A DNA stretch of 64,000 bases from an uncultured Verrucomicrobiae bacterium (GTDB lineage: Bacteria > Verrucomicrobiota > Verrucomicrobiia > Chthoniobacterales > JAFAMB01): the NCBI GenBank assembly GCA_963762565.1, contig CAVXLD010000007.1:352001-416000 (forward strand). Reading direction: 5' to 3'. Below, one piece after another: positions 50,093-61,219 of this stretch (position 1 is the stretch's first letter; the number at the start of each line of letters is the position of its first letter). Below the pieces are notes generated by a model, which did not search any database, was not told the DNA's origin, and was given only the letters and a program-made list of their open reading frames with translations. The position numbers and the translations under genes are program-made.

Positions 50093-50353
50093 TCAGGTCT
50101 GCAACCCGTAGGTGTTGCGGAGGTACCGCGCATATTCCGGCGATACCAGATCGTTGGCTAACAATACCTCAGCAACTTTGACGCCTACGCTCTTTTCATC
50201 CGGGGACACAAACTGTTGCTCCCTCAACAGCGTCTCGATTGCTTCGACCACAGCGAGCAATTCGTTCCGCGTGAGCTCAGGCAACGAGTAGGTCTTATCT
50301 GCCGGAGCCACGTCAGCAGCCACAGAATGGCTAACCGCGTCATTCGTTTTCAT
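50093..50353 (-). CDS. Small hypothetical protein
   Basis: 86 aa, ATG start, protein-like composition. Confidence 0.5.
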   Translation of the reverse strand: MKTNDAVSHSVAADVAPADKTYSLPELTRNELLAVVEAIETLLREQQFVSPDEKSVGVKVAEVLLANDLVSPEYARYLRNTYGLQT

Positions 50354-50939
50354 ATGCTTGCAAATACAATTCTACATACGGGCTGAGTGAGGTTTGGCTC
50401 GACGGCTTTTGGTGAAGATGCACTCTGTTTTGCTGCGAGTGACTATAGCGGGTCGTTCCGTCGGCTGCCTGGCGGCTGTCGGACCCAGCGCTGGGAGCGA
50501 TCGCGCCCTCGCGATCCGTCGTTCCCGAAGCCCAGCGCTTTTGTGCTTCGAGGGTTCTCACGCGCCTAGCGACCTGGAACGTCTTCGCGGCGCGCGAGGA
50601 TCCGACGTCGCCGGTTCGTCGAAGAAAATGACCCTAGACCGATGGCTATGTCGGACAGGCAGCGCGCCCTCCCGGGTCTGGGTCGATGGTACAATGCCTT
50701 AGGCTGACGCGCATGGGCGGCTTGCCAAGCCGCTGCCGGATCGCGCCGTTCTCTTTGTCCGCCATAGCCTTAGCGACGGAGGACGGCCCTGCGCAGGCGG
50801 GAGTGAGGCACGCTCCACGGTTAGCGGTCTTACTGATGCGTGTGCAAATAAATGGACAGAGGACAAAAGAGGGAAGGTAACCGCCAAACCGCGCTAAGAC
50901 CGGGGCGTCAAGGCAATGGTACTGCCTCTCAAGAGTTGT

Positions 50940-52397
50940 ATGAGCCATTTAGCAAGAAACCTGCACGTCTCGGAAGATTTTCCTCCTGTCTCAACCGCAG
51001 CCTGGGACGCCGCCATCCAAGTCGATCTGAAGGGGGCTGATTACGACAAGAAGCTGCTTTGGAAGTCGGATGAAGGAATCTCAGTTCGTCCGTACTTCCG
51101 GCGAGAGGACATCAAGGATCTAGAATCACAGATCGAGTCGATACCGGGAACCTTTCCGTTCGTTCGCGGACGCGGCTCGCAAAGCTGGAAGCAGGTGGAA
51201 TCTCCAGGAGAGATTCCGGTCGATGCGATCCGGATTGACGCTATTCATGACCGGGGCGGAACCATCGTTCAGGAGCTTGGTTACGGAATCGCGTTAGGCG
51301 TGGAAAAACTCATGGAACGGCTACAGGCAGGCAACAGCGTCGATGAGGCGCCCAAGAGTATCCGTTTTGTGTTTGCAATTGGTTCGAATTATTTTTTTGA
51401 GATCGCTAAATTGCGCGCGGCGCGGTCGCTTTGGGCGCGCGCTGTCTGGGCCTTCGGACCGCAGGATGAGTTGTCCTGTTTGATGAAGATCCATGCCTGC
51501 ACCGCTTTGTCGGACAAAAGTATCTATGATCCATTCGCGAACGTTCTACGCGCCACTACTGAGGCGATGGCGGCGGTGGTTGGCGGCTGCGATTTCTTGG
51601 AGATCAGGCCGTTCTGCTTCGCCGACCGGCTGGCGGTGAATATACAGAGATTGCTGAGAGAGGAGTCGCACCTGGATAGCGTAGCGGATCCAGCGGGTGG
51701 ATCCTACTATGTAGAATGGCTCACTGATGCGCTTGCCCACAAAGGCTGGGAACTCTTCCAGCAGGTAGAGGCGGAAGGCGGGTATACAAAGGCCGGTGCC
51801 TCCATTGAGAGTGCTCTAGCGCAATCGCGAGCCGCCAAAGAAAAAGCATTTTCATCCCGGCGGAGCACGCTGGTGGGCGTGAACAATTACCCTGACCTCA
51901 AGGAAACCAGCGCAAAGCCTATCGAAACGGCAACAGGCATCTGGCGCGCGGCGAGCGCCTTCGAGCGGATTCGCCTTCGAACGGAAGCTTATACTCGCGA
52001 ACGAGGGAAACGACCTAAAGTGCTGTTACTTGAACGAGGTGACCTGACGATGAGGCAGGCCCGTTCGCAGTTCAGCCAAAACTTCTTCGGATGCGCCGGA
52101 TTCGAGATCGAGATCTCGCACGAACACCAACATTCCGATGCAGACCTGATCGTACTCTGCAGCTCAGATCCCGAGTACCTGGCCCTAGCTGAAGAAGTTT
52201 GTCCGAACGTAAGGCAGCCGGTTGTAGTTGCCGGTGATCCTAAAGCTCAGCTTGATCAATTGAAAGCGGCAGGCGTTCAGGGGTTCATCCACATCCGCAC
52301 GGACGCAACAACCGCCCTAACCGAGTGGCAGCAGCGACTCGGCATTGGGGAACAAACCGCAAGCCATGGCAACCATAACCAGACCGAATTTCACTAG
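50940..52397 (+). CDS. mutA: Methylmalonyl-CoA mutase small (non-catalytic) subunit, short form
   Basis: FPPVS...[38 protein letters not shown]; no DxHxxG. Confidence 0.88.
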   Translation: MSHLARNLHVSEDFPPVSTAAWDAAIQVDLKGADYDKKLLWKSDEGISVRPYFRREDIKDLESQIESIPGTFPFVRGRGSQSWKQVESPGEIPVDAIRIDAIHDRGGTIVQELGYGIALGVEKLMERLQAGNSVDEAPKSIRFVFAIGSNYFFEIAKLRAARSLWARAVWAFGPQDELSCLMKIHACTALSDKSIYDPFANVLRATTEAMAAVVGGCDFLEIRPFCFADRLAVNIQRLLREESHLDSVADPAGGSYYVEWLTDALAHKGWELFQQVEAEGGYTKAGASIESALAQSRAAKEKAFSSRRSTLVGVNNYPDLKETSAKPIETATGIWRAASAFERIRLRTEAYTRERGKRPKVLLLERGDLTMRQARSQFSQNFFGCAGFEIEISHEHQHSDADLIVLCSSDPEYLALAEEVCPNVRQPVVVAGDPKAQLDQLKAAGVQGFIHIRTDATTALTEWQQRLGIGEQTASHGNHNQTEFH

Positions 52398-54597
52398 GAT
52401 CCCCTTGGATAACAGCGCCCATCCCCGGCGACCACAGAAGGCCGTTTGCGGATGGATGAGCCAAGAACCAATCCCTATCAAAGCTTACTACACGGCCGAT
52501 GATCTTGCCGGATTAGAGCATCTTGATTACGCCGCCGGCATTCCGCCGTTTCTCCGGGGGCCTTATTCGACAATGTACGCGCTCCGGCCTTGGACGGTTC
52601 GGCAGTATGCGGGGTTTTCAACGGCCGAAGAGTCAAACGCGTTCTATCACCGCAACCTGGCAGCCGGGCAGAAAGGTCTCTCGGTGGCGTTCGACTTGCC
52701 GACCCACCGGGGATACGACTCGGATCATGAGCGGGTGGTAAGCGACGTCGGCAAAGCCGGGGTAGCGATCGACACGGTCGAGGATATGAAGATTCTCTTC
52801 AACGAGATTCCTCTCGATCAGATGTCGGTTTCAATGACCATGAGCGGCGCGGTTCTGCCGGTAATGGCTTTCTATATCATTGCGGCCGAGGAGCAGGGCG
52901 TCCGGCCACAGCAGCTGAGCGGAACGATCCAGAATGACATTCTAAAGGAATTCATGGTCCGCAATACCTATATCTATCCGCCAGCACCGTCGATGAGGAT
53001 TGTCGGGGATGTCTTCCGTTACACCTCGGCGAACATGCCGAAATTCAACTCTATTTCGATCAGCGGGTATCACATGCACGAAGCAGGCGCAACCACCGAC
53101 CTCGAATTAGCTTATACGTTGGCCGACGGTCTGGAGTACTTGCGGACCGGCATCGCTGCGGGCCTTGATATCGACGATTTCGCGCCGCGCCTTAGCTTTT
53201 TCTGGGGCATTGGGATGAACCATTTCATGGAGATTGCCAAAATGCGGGCAGCGCGGGTGCTTTGGGCCAAGATCGTGAAAGGGTTCAATCCAAAGAAGGC
53301 AAAATCGATGGCTCTCCGCACTCACTCGCAAACCTCTGGCTGGAGTCTGACGGCTCAAGACACATCAAACAACGTAGTGAGAACCTGTATTGAAGCGATG
53401 GCAGCGGCCTTCGGGCATACTCAGTCCCTGCACACGAACGCCTTGGATGAAGCCATAGCGTTGCCAACCGACTATTCGGCACGCATTGCCCGGAACACTC
53501 AGCTCTACTTCCAGCAGGAGACAGACATTACCCATGTGGTGGATCCCTGGGCCGGTAGCTACTATGTGGAGGCGCTTACCGATGCACTGATGCAAAAAGC
53601 TTGGCACCTGATAAACGAAGTAGAGGCGCATGGTGGAATGACGAAGGCGATCGAAATCGGGCTACCGAAGCTGCGCATCGAGGAGGCCGCCGCCCGCCGC
53701 CAAGCGCACATTGATTCTGGCGAAGAAGTCATTGTCGGAGTGAACAAGTATCGTCTGAAAATTGAAGACACCCTGAACACTTTAGAAGTAGACGACCGCG
53801 CGGTGCGCGATCGTCAGATCGGACGCCTGAATGAAGTGAAGAAAGCTCGTAACCAAAGGGCGGTGGACGAAGCTCTGCGGGCGCTGACCGAGACTGCGGA
53901 AACCGGCAAAGGCAACCTGTTGGAGCGTTCTGTAAATGCGGCTCGGGTGCGAGCGACGCTAGGCGAGATCTCTATGGCCATGGAAAAAGTGTTCGGGCGT
54001 TATCAGGCTGCCAGCAAGACGATCAGCGGTGTTTATGCGCAAGCAAACCAGGGAGATGCCGCCTTCAAAAAAGCACAAGAGATGTCCAACGAGTTTGCTA
54101 AGCACGAAGGACGCCGCCCTCGCATCCTCATCGCAAAGGCAGGCCAGGACGGCCATGACCGCGGAGCGAAGGTGGTTGCCACGGCTTTTGCTGATATTGG
54201 TTTCGATGTTGACGTCGGGCCGCTGTTTGCTACGCCGGCCGAGGTCGCGCGAAACGCGGTCGAGAATGACGTTCATATTGTCGGCATATCCACATTGGCT
54301 GCCGGTCACAAGACCATCATCCCCGAAGTGGTCACCGAACTCAAGAAACAGGGGCGCCCTGATATCAAAGTGGTTGTAGGCGGCGTCATTCCGCAACCGG
54401 ACTACGAATTTCTGTACCAAGCCGGAGCGATAGCTGTGTTCGGACCAGGCACTGACATCCCTCAGTGTGCGCAAGAGATTCTGACTATTTTGATGGGAGT
54501 CGATCCGACAAAACTTAACACCTCCGATCGTAACGGTAATGGGATCGGTGGGCAGGAACGGTCGTTAGCAGAGAGTAACGCTGCCGGCCACCTGTAA
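52366..54597 (+). CDS. mutB: Methylmalonyl-CoA mutase large subunit (B12-binding)
   Basis: RQYAGF (Tyr specificity residue), RIARNTQ, DGHDRG cobalamin motif. Confidence 0.97.
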   Translation: MATITRPNFTRIPLDNSAHPRRPQKAVCGWMSQEPIPIKAYYTADDLAGLEHLDYAAGIPPFLRGPYSTMYALRPWTVRQYAGFSTAEESNAFYHRNLAAGQKGLSVAFDLPTHRGYDSDHERVVSDVGKAGVAIDTVEDMKILFNEIPLDQMSVSMTMSGAVLPVMAFYIIAAEEQGVRPQQLSGTIQNDILKEFMVRNTYIYPPAPSMRIVGDVFRYTSANMPKFNSISISGYHMHEAGATTDLELAYTLADGLEYLRTGIAAGLDIDDFAPRLSFFWGIGMNHFMEIAKMRAARVLWAKIVKGFNPKKAKSMALRTHSQTSGWSLTAQDTSNNVVRTCIEAMAAAFGHTQSLHTNALDEAIALPTDYSARIARNTQLYFQQETDITHVVDPWAGSYYVEALTDALMQKAWHLINEVEAHGGMTKAIEIGLPKLRIEEAAARRQAHIDSGEEVIVGVNKYRLKIEDTLNTLEVDDRAVRDRQIGRLNEVKKARNQRAVDEALRALTETAETGKGNLLERSVNAARVRATLGEISMAMEKVFGRYQAASKTISGVYAQANQGDAAFKKAQEMSNEFAKHEGRRPRILIAKAGQDGHDRGAKVVATAFADIGFDVDVGPLFATPAEVARNAVENDVHIVGISTLAAGHKTIIPEVVTELKKQGRPDIKVVVGGVIPQPDYEFLYQAGAIAVFGPGTDIPQCAQEILTILMGVDPTKLNTSDRNGNGIGGQERSLAESNAAGHL

Positions 54598-54602
54598 AAA
54601 AG

Positions 54603-55679
54603 ATGATCACGACCAATATTCGCGAGGGAAAGGCTGGCTCAGGAAAGCAGGACATCAAGCGGCTCCCGGTTGAATATTACGTCCGCGGCATAGTCAATGG
54701 AGATCGGGCTGTGATGGGCCGGGCGCTCTCCGTGATTGAAAGTGATTTACCATCCGATGAAGCTCTAGCTGAACAAATCCTGGATGGGGTGCTCCCGCAC
54801 ACCGGGAAATCGCGGCGGATCGGCATTACCGGTGTGCCGGGAAGCGGTAAGAGTACGTTTATTGATGCGCTCGGTATGTATCTCCTGCTGGAGCGCGGCG
54901 AAAAAGTCGCGGTGTTGAGCGTGGATCCTTCCAGTCCGATCTCTGGAGGCAGTATCCTCGGTGACAAGACTCGCATGGAGCGACTGAGCGGGCAGCCTGG
55001 TGCCTTTATCCGTCCCTCGCCGACGCGCGGCTGTCTCGGTGGCGTGGCCCGGCGCACCCGCGAATGCATGCTGCTTTGCGAAGCCGCAGGATACCAGAAC
55101 GTTTTGATCGAAACCGTGGGCGTAGGCCAATCGGAAATTGAGGTCGGCTCAATGACCGACTTTTTTTTGCTCCTGATGATTCCCGGAGCTGGCGACGAGC
55201 TTCAAGGCATCAAGCGCGGCATTATCGAGATGGTGGATGGTCTCGTGATCAACAAAGCTGATGGCAAGAATTTAAGCGCGGCAGACCTGGCTCGAGGACA
55301 GTACGAAAACGCACTGCGGCTGTTTGCGCCAAGCCGGCCGGGATGGACGGCTCGAGTACTCACTTGTTCGGCTCTAGAAAACAGAGGTATCCGCGAAGTC
55401 TGGCAGATGATCTTAGATCAGCTGACTCAACAGGAATCGGGCGGCCAATTGCAACGCCGGCGTCAAGCGCACGCGTTGAGCTGGATGCATCAATTGATTT
55501 CGTTGGGTCTTCAGGAAGTCTTTCAGAGTGCTCCCGCGGTGCAAGAGCGCCTAGCCTGGTTGGAGCGTTCGGTCGGCGACGGCACCATCAGCCCATTCAC
55601 GGCAGCACGCGAACTGCTGGAGGTCTATCACGATTGGGGTCCAGGAACGCCAACGGACTCCGGCGTGCTTCGACGGTGA
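54603..55679 (+). CDS. meaB: Mutase-associated GTPase MeaB/ArgK
   Basis: GVPGSGKST, VDPSS..SGGSILGDKTRM, ETVGVGQSE, NKAD. Confidence 0.96.
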   Translation: MITTNIREGKAGSGKQDIKRLPVEYYVRGIVNGDRAVMGRALSVIESDLPSDEALAEQILDGVLPHTGKSRRIGITGVPGSGKSTFIDALGMYLLLERGEKVAVLSVDPSSPISGGSILGDKTRMERLSGQPGAFIRPSPTRGCLGGVARRTRECMLLCEAAGYQNVLIETVGVGQSEIEVGSMTDFFLLLMIPGAGDELQGIKRGIIEMVDGLVINKADGKNLSAADLARGQYENALRLFAPSRPGWTARVLTCSALENRGIREVWQMILDQLTQQESGGQLQRRRQAHALSWMHQLISLGLQEVFQSAPAVQERLAWLERSVGDGTISPFTAARELLEVYHDWGPGTPTDSGVLRR

Positions 55680-55756
55680 AACTATTGTAGCGATTCACTT
55701 TTTTTTTGCCGGCGGCAAAATAAACACCCTTTCAAACCAACTAGGAGGACAAGAAT

Positions 55757-56551
55757 ATGACCGAGGTAACTGCAAAGCTTGTGCAATCGAGCGCGAAAGA
55801 CCAGATCGGCACCATCACGCTGAACGACCCCAAAACCCTCAATTCCCTGAGTAGTGCTCTGATCAAAGATTTGCTGGACGCCCTGGACAGCTTTCGCGAG
55901 AACGGCGTACGGGTCGCGATCCTGCGGGCTCCTGCCGGTTCAAAGACGTGGTCGGCCGGACACAACGTCGGTGAACTCCCGAAGCATGCCCGTGACCCGC
56001 TCACCTATAGCGATCCGCTTAGAGTAGCAATTCGCAAGATCCAGGAGTATCCGTCCCCCGTACTGGCGATGATCGAAGGAGGTGTCTGGGGTGGCGCATG
56101 CGAATTGGCAATGGCCTGCGATATGGTCATAGCGGCGGAGAGCGCGACCTTCGCCATTACTCCTGCTCGGTTAGGTGTTCCCTACAACATTGGCGGTGTC
56201 CAGAACCTGATCGGCTCTGTGCCAATGGTAGTGGTAAAGGAAATGCTTTTCCGGGCTAAGCCGATCAGTGCGCAACGGGCGTACGAAGTTGGAATTGCGA
56301 ACTATGTCGCTGCTGCTGACCAACTGGAATCCAAGACGCTTGAGTTCGCCCAAGATATGTTAGCCAATTCACCACTGGTTATTACCTTGCTGAAGGAAGA
56401 GACTCACGTGTTAGCGCATGCTTATGCTCTTAGCGCTGAAACCTTCGAACGTATTCAATCCGTACGCCGCCGGATCTACGACAGTGACGACTACCAGGAA
56501 GGAATCCGGTCGTTTTTCGAAAAACGGAAGCCGATCTTTGAGGGTAGATAG
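55757..56551 (+). CDS. scpB: Methylmalonyl-CoA decarboxylase (crotonase fold, biotin-independent)
   Basis: SAGH..ELP...RDPL.Y.DPLR, EGGVWGGACE, GVPYN, YDSDDYQEG resemble E. coli ScpB/YgfG. Confidence 0.88.
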   Translation: MTEVTAKLVQSSAKDQIGTITLNDPKTLNSLSSALIKDLLDALDSFRENGVRVAILRAPAGSKTWSAGHNVGELPKHARDPLTYSDPLRVAIRKIQEYPSPVLAMIEGGVWGGACELAMACDMVIAAESATFAITPARLGVPYNIGGVQNLIGSVPMVVVKEMLFRAKPISAQRAYEVGIANYVAAADQLESKTLEFAQDMLANSPLVITLLKEETHVLAHAYALSAETFERIQSVRRRIYDSDDYQEGIRSFFEKRKPIFEGR

Positions 56552-56583
56552 CCTCAGCAAAAACCGTCACCAGCGCGTGTATT

Positions 56584-56667
56584 GTCCCGTAGGGACAGAA
56601 CGATAGTAGCCAGGCACGTTGTGCCTGGGATGGGTAAAAAGACGGCTCGTCCCGTAGGGACGATTGA
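56584..56667 (+). repeat. REP arm on the left flank of the transposase
   Basis: GTCCCGTAGGGACAGAACGATAGTAGCCAGGCAC...GTGCCTGGGATG...GTCCCGTAGGGACG. Confidence 0.88.
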
Positions 56668-56675
56668 GACGCGCA

Positions 56676-57128
56676 TTAGTCCAGGGCGTATTTCTCCTCA
56701 AAATCCAATCCGTGCCGTTTCAGAATAGCCAAATACTCTTCCCGAAAGGTCCGAGTGCGATGATGCTCCGGTTGGTTTTGGATGTATGCCATCGTCTCCG
56801 AAAGCTGGGAGGTGCTGACGCTGAAAGCGCCGTAGCCCTCTTGCCAACTAAAGTTACGGAATTGCCGAAAATTCTGGTGGATCCAGGCCGAGGATCCACC
56901 CTTGATCAATTGAATGGCTTTAGCAACGGACAGTGTCGTCGGCATCGATAGGAGCAGATGAACGTGGTCTGCGACCCCACCGACGCATCTTGGTTTGATG
57001 CCGTTTTGTTTGGCGATGCCGCCTAGGAAAGGCCATAGACGTTCTCTAAGTTCAGGGTTCAGAACCGGGACGCGCTCTTTGGTGGTGAAAACACAATGGA
57101 TGTTCAGAGAGAAAAACGTATTCGGCAT
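56676..57128 (-). CDS. tnpA: IS200/IS605-family HUH (Y1) transposase, REP-associated
   Basis: HCVFTTKER, DHVHLL (HUH), WQEGYGAFSVS, catalytic YIQNQPEHH. Confidence 0.93.
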   Translation of the reverse strand: MPNTFFSLNIHCVFTTKERVPVLNPELRERLWPFLGGIAKQNGIKPRCVGGVADHVHLLLSMPTTLSVAKAIQLIKGGSSAWIHQNFRQFRNFSWQEGYGAFSVSTSQLSETMAYIQNQPEHHRTRTFREEYLAILKRHGLDFEEKYALD

Positions 57129-57258
57129 AGACTAGAGATTATCCGAGATCACCAGATAAAGAAACATATTTTATTACTGTGTTTACGATGCAAACCGGCG
57201 ACCGAAATTTTAACTGTCCCAACGGGCGAGATGTTCGCAATTTACCGTTCGGCCGGAA

Positions 57259-57344
57259 TCAAGCGTCCCTACGGGACGCGATTCTTTCTCTGGCGCATCC
57301 CAGGCACTTCGTGCCTGGCTACTATCGTTCTGTCCCTACGGGAC
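57259..57344 (-). repeat. REP arm on the right flank of the transposase (inverted)
   Basis: Near reverse complement of 56584-56667. Confidence 0.88.
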
Positions 57345-57414
57345 GCGATCGTAGTCGACAACGGCTAAGAGGGTAGGTCGAGGTCCGATGTCTCGGTTGA
57401 ATCCCGAAAGCGCT

Positions 57415-58293
57415 TTATGGCTTCCGCCAGTGTTTGCCGACCTTATCGACGAACCGGCGCGGTTTCTCCGCCCAAATCTTGTGGCCAAGTGGTATTGAAA
57501 CGCAACGATGCTTACGGCTCTCGTTGTCTAAACAACGAAGAACCCGTTTCACCGCTTCGGGTTCACTAAAAGCATCGGGATTTTTCTGCAGCCGCAATCT
57601 TAAAACCGAAATATCGTGATCGAGTCCTAGTTCCTCTTGCAACTTGGTAAGATCCGAAATCATTCGATGCAGCCGCTTTGGCCAGACCGACTCGAGAAAC
57701 TGAAGTTCATAGTAGAGATTCTTGGCCCTAATCCGCCAGCGATGAAACGCTTCGTCTTGCCCCTGTTTGCAGGCGATATGCATTCGCTTACGGCCCTGGC
57801 GATAAACAGTGTGTAAACCAGTTTCTACCAGCTCACGTTCGTTTCCACGAAACTTCCAGCGATGCAGGTTACGCCTGGTTAACTGCAGATCCATTCTGAC
57901 CCCGGCTATGGATTGATCCAAATCCTTCGATGGTGGGTAGCTGCGGTTGAAGCCGGCAAGCGCCGCAGCCACAGCTGCTTTCTCCGTCGAGTCTGAGACT
58001 GGTAGTGTCTGCAGAGTTTCGCGGGCAGCGTCGGTGTCCCGGGTAAAGCCCAGACGGCGGGCGGCGGCTTTAAGGCGCGCGTTTTCGCGATCGAACAGCT
58101 CCGGAATAGCGGGACGAATGAGGCGCAGTAACGCCCGTAAACCTTTAATAGAGGTGCGGAGCTGATGTAACGATTCTTGGGTTGCCATCTGCCCCATGCT
58201 ATCTGTGGCCGAGTCGACGAGAGCGTCAACTACTCGAAGTAGTTCCGCTCTTAGTGGCTCTTGAGCGTTGAGGGAAAGATTTGCTGCCTTCAT
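57415..58293 (-). CDS. CHAD domain protein
   Basis: LHQLRTSIKGLRALLRL, LG.TRD.D, FHRWRIRAKNLYY, LQEELGLDHD. Confidence 0.88.
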   Translation of the reverse strand: MKAANLSLNAQEPLRAELLRVVDALVDSATDSMGQMATQESLHQLRTSIKGLRALLRLIRPAIPELFDRENARLKAAARRLGFTRDTDAARETLQTLPVSDSTEKAAVAAALAGFNRSYPPSKDLDQSIAGVRMDLQLTRRNLHRWKFRGNERELVETGLHTVYRQGRKRMHIACKQGQDEAFHRWRIRAKNLYYELQFLESVWPKRLHRMISDLTKLQEELGLDHDISVLRLRLQKNPDAFSEPEAVKRVLRCLDNESRKHRCVSIPLGHKIWAEKPRRFVDKVGKHWRKP

Positions 58294-58342
58294 CCTTGAA
58301 TGATTCTTTAAACCAACTGAGTGCGTGGGTAGTCAGCCGATC

Positions 58343-61072
58343 CTAGTCGATCCTAAAGTCAGCTCGCATGGCACTATTATAGCGGTCGTAGTTAACCTCG
58401 AAGCCGAGTCTTTTCGACACCTGTTGCATCACATAGTTCTCCGGCAGAATCAGTGAGGTTAACCGTTTAACTCCTTCCTGCCGGCCAATTTCGACCAAGC
58501 GAGAGAGTAATTTGGTCCCAAGCCCACGTCCTTGAAACGAATCGCTAATAACGATGGCGAACTCCGCTTCATTCAAGCCCGACATTTTGACCAACCGCCC
58601 TACGCCAATAATCTCCTCGGCTTTTGTAGCAGGGTTTTGGTGAACGGCCACTAACGCGATCTCGCGAGCATAGTCGTTGAAACAGATTTTGGTTAGGCGG
58701 TCATGCGCCACTCTCTGGTCCAGGCTGGGGAAGCCGAAGTATCGCAAGCCCACGGTATCTTCCGATAACGTACCGTGGAACTTCACCATTAACGGTTCAT
58801 CCTCAGGCCGGATGGCTCTGAGCGTGATCGGAGTTCCATCATTCAGATTCCAACTACTGGTATATTGCTGCGGGTAGGGCCGAATCGCCAGGCGAGGAAG
58901 ATCTTTCTCTGTTTTGGTCGATTCATGCAGCACCATCCGGGCATCAAGAGCCAGGATCTGACCGCCCGAGATTACCAGCGGATTAATATCAATTTCTTTG
59001 ATCCATCGTTCCCCGGCTACTAGCAAACTGAACTCAACCAATATTCTTTCGAGTTCGGCGAGATCCGCGGCATGCTTGCCCTTACTTCCTCGCAAAGCGG
59101 CGTAGATATGAGTCCGTTCGATTAGCCTGCGAGCCAAGGTGGCGTTTAACGGCGGCAGGCCCAGAGCGTAATCCCTTATGACCTCGACCAGTTGACCGCC
59201 AGATCCGAACAAAAGAACCGGCCCGAATTGCGCATCGATACTGCTGCCAAGTATCAATTCGTAACCTTCCGACTTGATCATGGGTTCGACGGTGACTCCG
59301 CGAAATGCTACTGGTTGGTTCCGGAACACTTCCTCAATTTGCCGATAAGCCAGCCGAACTTCGCTCTCGGTTTCTAGATCCAGTTTAACACCACCAGCGT
59401 CGGCCTTGTGGGTAATCGTTTCAGAATAAAGTTTCAACACCACGGCGCAGCCTAGCTCTCTCGCAGCCTGCACTGCCTCGTCTTCGCTGGCAGCGATCAG
59501 TGTCCTTACCGTCGGTATCCCGTACGCCTCTAGAACTTCTTTCGATTCGACCTCGGTTAAGAGCGTGCGATTCTTTTTGCGTACCTCCTCAATGACTTTC
59601 TCCGCGCGTGAACGGCCTGCTAGCGCATCGGTCCACTTGCCTGAGAGGGCGGGAGTTTCATAGAGCGCACGCAGATTGTCACTGTACCGCCACATGTAAC
59701 AAAAGGTGCGAGCAGCAGCGTCTGGAAACTGGAACGTCGGTATTCCGCATGCGGTCAGGATGGCTTCACCCTCAGCGACGTCCGCTGCTCCCATCCAGCT
59801 TGCCAGGATCGGCTTCTCGGAGAGGTTTTGGAATGTTTCTAATCCTTTCGCGATTGCGGTTGGATCTGTCTTCACTTGCGGAGTCACAATCGCCAGTACG
59901 CCGTCGACATTGGGATCGGCCGTCGCTATTTCAATCGCTTTGAGATAACGACTCGCGTCTGCATCGCGAAGAACATCCACCGGATTGTTTGCTCTCCAGT
60001 GGCCGGGAAGGATCGCATTCAATCTTTTCATGCTTTCACGAGAAAGTTGAGCAATTTCGCCACCTTCAGCTGCCAACATATCGGTAGCGAGGATGCCCGG
60101 TCCAGCGGCGTTCGTGACCACGGCCAAACGGGGGCCTTTTGGTCGTGGTTGTTTGCTCAATACTTCTGCCATACAGAAAAGGTCTTCGATGGTCTTGACT
60201 CGCAGGACACCTACTCGGCGGAAAGCGGCTTCTATTACCGCATCATCGCCACTGAGCGCGCCTGTGTGAAATGCGACTGCTCTGGCCGCGGCCTCAGTAC
60301 TGCCGGCTTTGATCACGATAATGGGTTTTCGCAGGGCTATTTCTCGTGCTGCCGACAGAAAGGACCGGGCATCATCGAGCGACTCCATATAAAGGAGGAT
60401 ACTTTGCGTGTGGAAGTCATGACCGATGCAGTCAATCAGATCTCCCCAACCGACATCGAGCATCGAACCGGTAGAAAGAAAAGCACTAAATCCGACCTTT
60501 TGGCGAATACTCCAGTCCAGCACCGATGTACACAAAGCGCCGCTTTGGCTGATGAAAGCAACATCCCCATTCAACGCCATCTTTCTGGCAAAGGTGGCGT
60601 TCAACTTCAGGCTCGGAATCATGAGTCCGATGCCGTTCGGCCCGATGATCCGCATGTCCCCACGGCGTTCTTGAATTTCTTGTTCAAGCTTTACCCCGCC
60701 GTCGTCGCTCTCTCTAAACCCGGCCGAAATGATGACCGCGCCTTTCACTCCCATCGCGGAGCACTCGCTGACCACATTTGGAACAGTCCCTGCCGGAGTC
60801 GCAATGACCGCCAAATCAACTGGTTCAGGCACCTCGTCAATCTTAGCGAACGCTTTAACGCCCAGAACGCTTGTTCGCTTCAGGTTGACCGGATAAACCG
60901 TTCCATCGAACGAGCTCAGGTTCTCCATTAACGTGCGGCCAACACTATTTTCTTTTTCAGTGGCGCCGATCAAAGCGATCCGCCGAGGATTAAACATTAT
61001 TTCCAGTCTCGACCTACGCTGATCGAGGGGCAGAAGAGGGGGGCTTGCATAGGGAGGTGATAGCGCGGTCAT
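58343..61072 (-). CDS. ACD-like/GNAT fusion (Pat/Pka family), copy 2
   Basis: Full-length paralogue of 24920..27682; FHTG, QGRGLG. Confidence 0.93.
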   Translation of the reverse strand: MTALSPPYASPPLLPLDQRRSRLEIMFNPRRIALIGATEKENSVGRTLMENLSSFDGTVYPVNLKRTSVLGVKAFAKIDEVPEPVDLAVIATPAGTVPNVVSECSAMGVKGAVIISAGFRESDDGGVKLEQEIQERRGDMRIIGPNGIGLMIPSLKLNATFARKMALNGDVAFISQSGALCTSVLDWSIRQKVGFSAFLSTGSMLDVGWGDLIDCIGHDFHTQSILLYMESLDDARSFLSAAREIALRKPIIVIKAGSTEAAARAVAFHTGALSGDDAVIEAAFRRVGVLRVKTIEDLFCMAEVLSKQPRPKGPRLAVVTNAAGPGILATDMLAAEGGEIAQLSRESMKRLNAILPGHWRANNPVDVLRDADASRYLKAIEIATADPNVDGVLAIVTPQVKTDPTAIAKGLETFQNLSEKPILASWMGAADVAEGEAILTACGIPTFQFPDAAARTFCYMWRYSDNLRALYETPALSGKWTDALAGRSRAEKVIEEVRKKNRTLLTEVESKEVLEAYGIPTVRTLIAASEDEAVQAARELGCAVVLKLYSETITHKADAGGVKLDLETESEVRLAYRQIEEVFRNQPVAFRGVTVEPMIKSEGYELILGSSIDAQFGPVLLFGSGGQLVEVIRDYALGLPPLNATLARRLIERTHIYAALRGSKGKHAADLAELERILVEFSLLVAGERWIKEIDINPLVISGGQILALDARMVLHESTKTEKDLPRLAIRPYPQQYTSSWNLNDGTPITLRAIRPEDEPLMVKFHGTLSEDTVGLRYFGFPSLDQRVAHDRLTKICFNDYAREIALVAVHQNPATKAEEIIGVGRLVKMSGLNEAEFAIVISDSFQGRGLGTKLLSRLVEIGRQEGVKRLTSLILPENYVMQQVSKRLGFEVNYDRYNSAMRADFRID

Positions 61073-61219
61073 AACAAGAGAAATTTGAAGCTATTTGCGG
61101 ACCCCGGCTCATCTCGGGTTGTCCAAGGGTGGACCGATTTTGGCGTTCCGGTTGGGACGAGGACGACGACGAGTAACCCAGAAGCGGGCAGGCGCTTGAA
61201 GGGTGAGCAATGAACAGCT

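Noticed and set aside
50360..50935. Cobalamin riboswitch upstream of the mutase
   Set aside because: Could not find the B12-box or the conserved GGGAA/GCCACTG/AGYCAG elements in the right order; an Rfam scan would settle it
55697..55720. Hairpin TTTTGCC-GGC-GGCAAAA as a terminator between meaB and scpB
   Set aside because: Short stem and no U-tract after it on either strand
59876..60931. 351-aa plus-strand ORF
   Set aside because: Antisense shadow of ACD-GNAT copy 2
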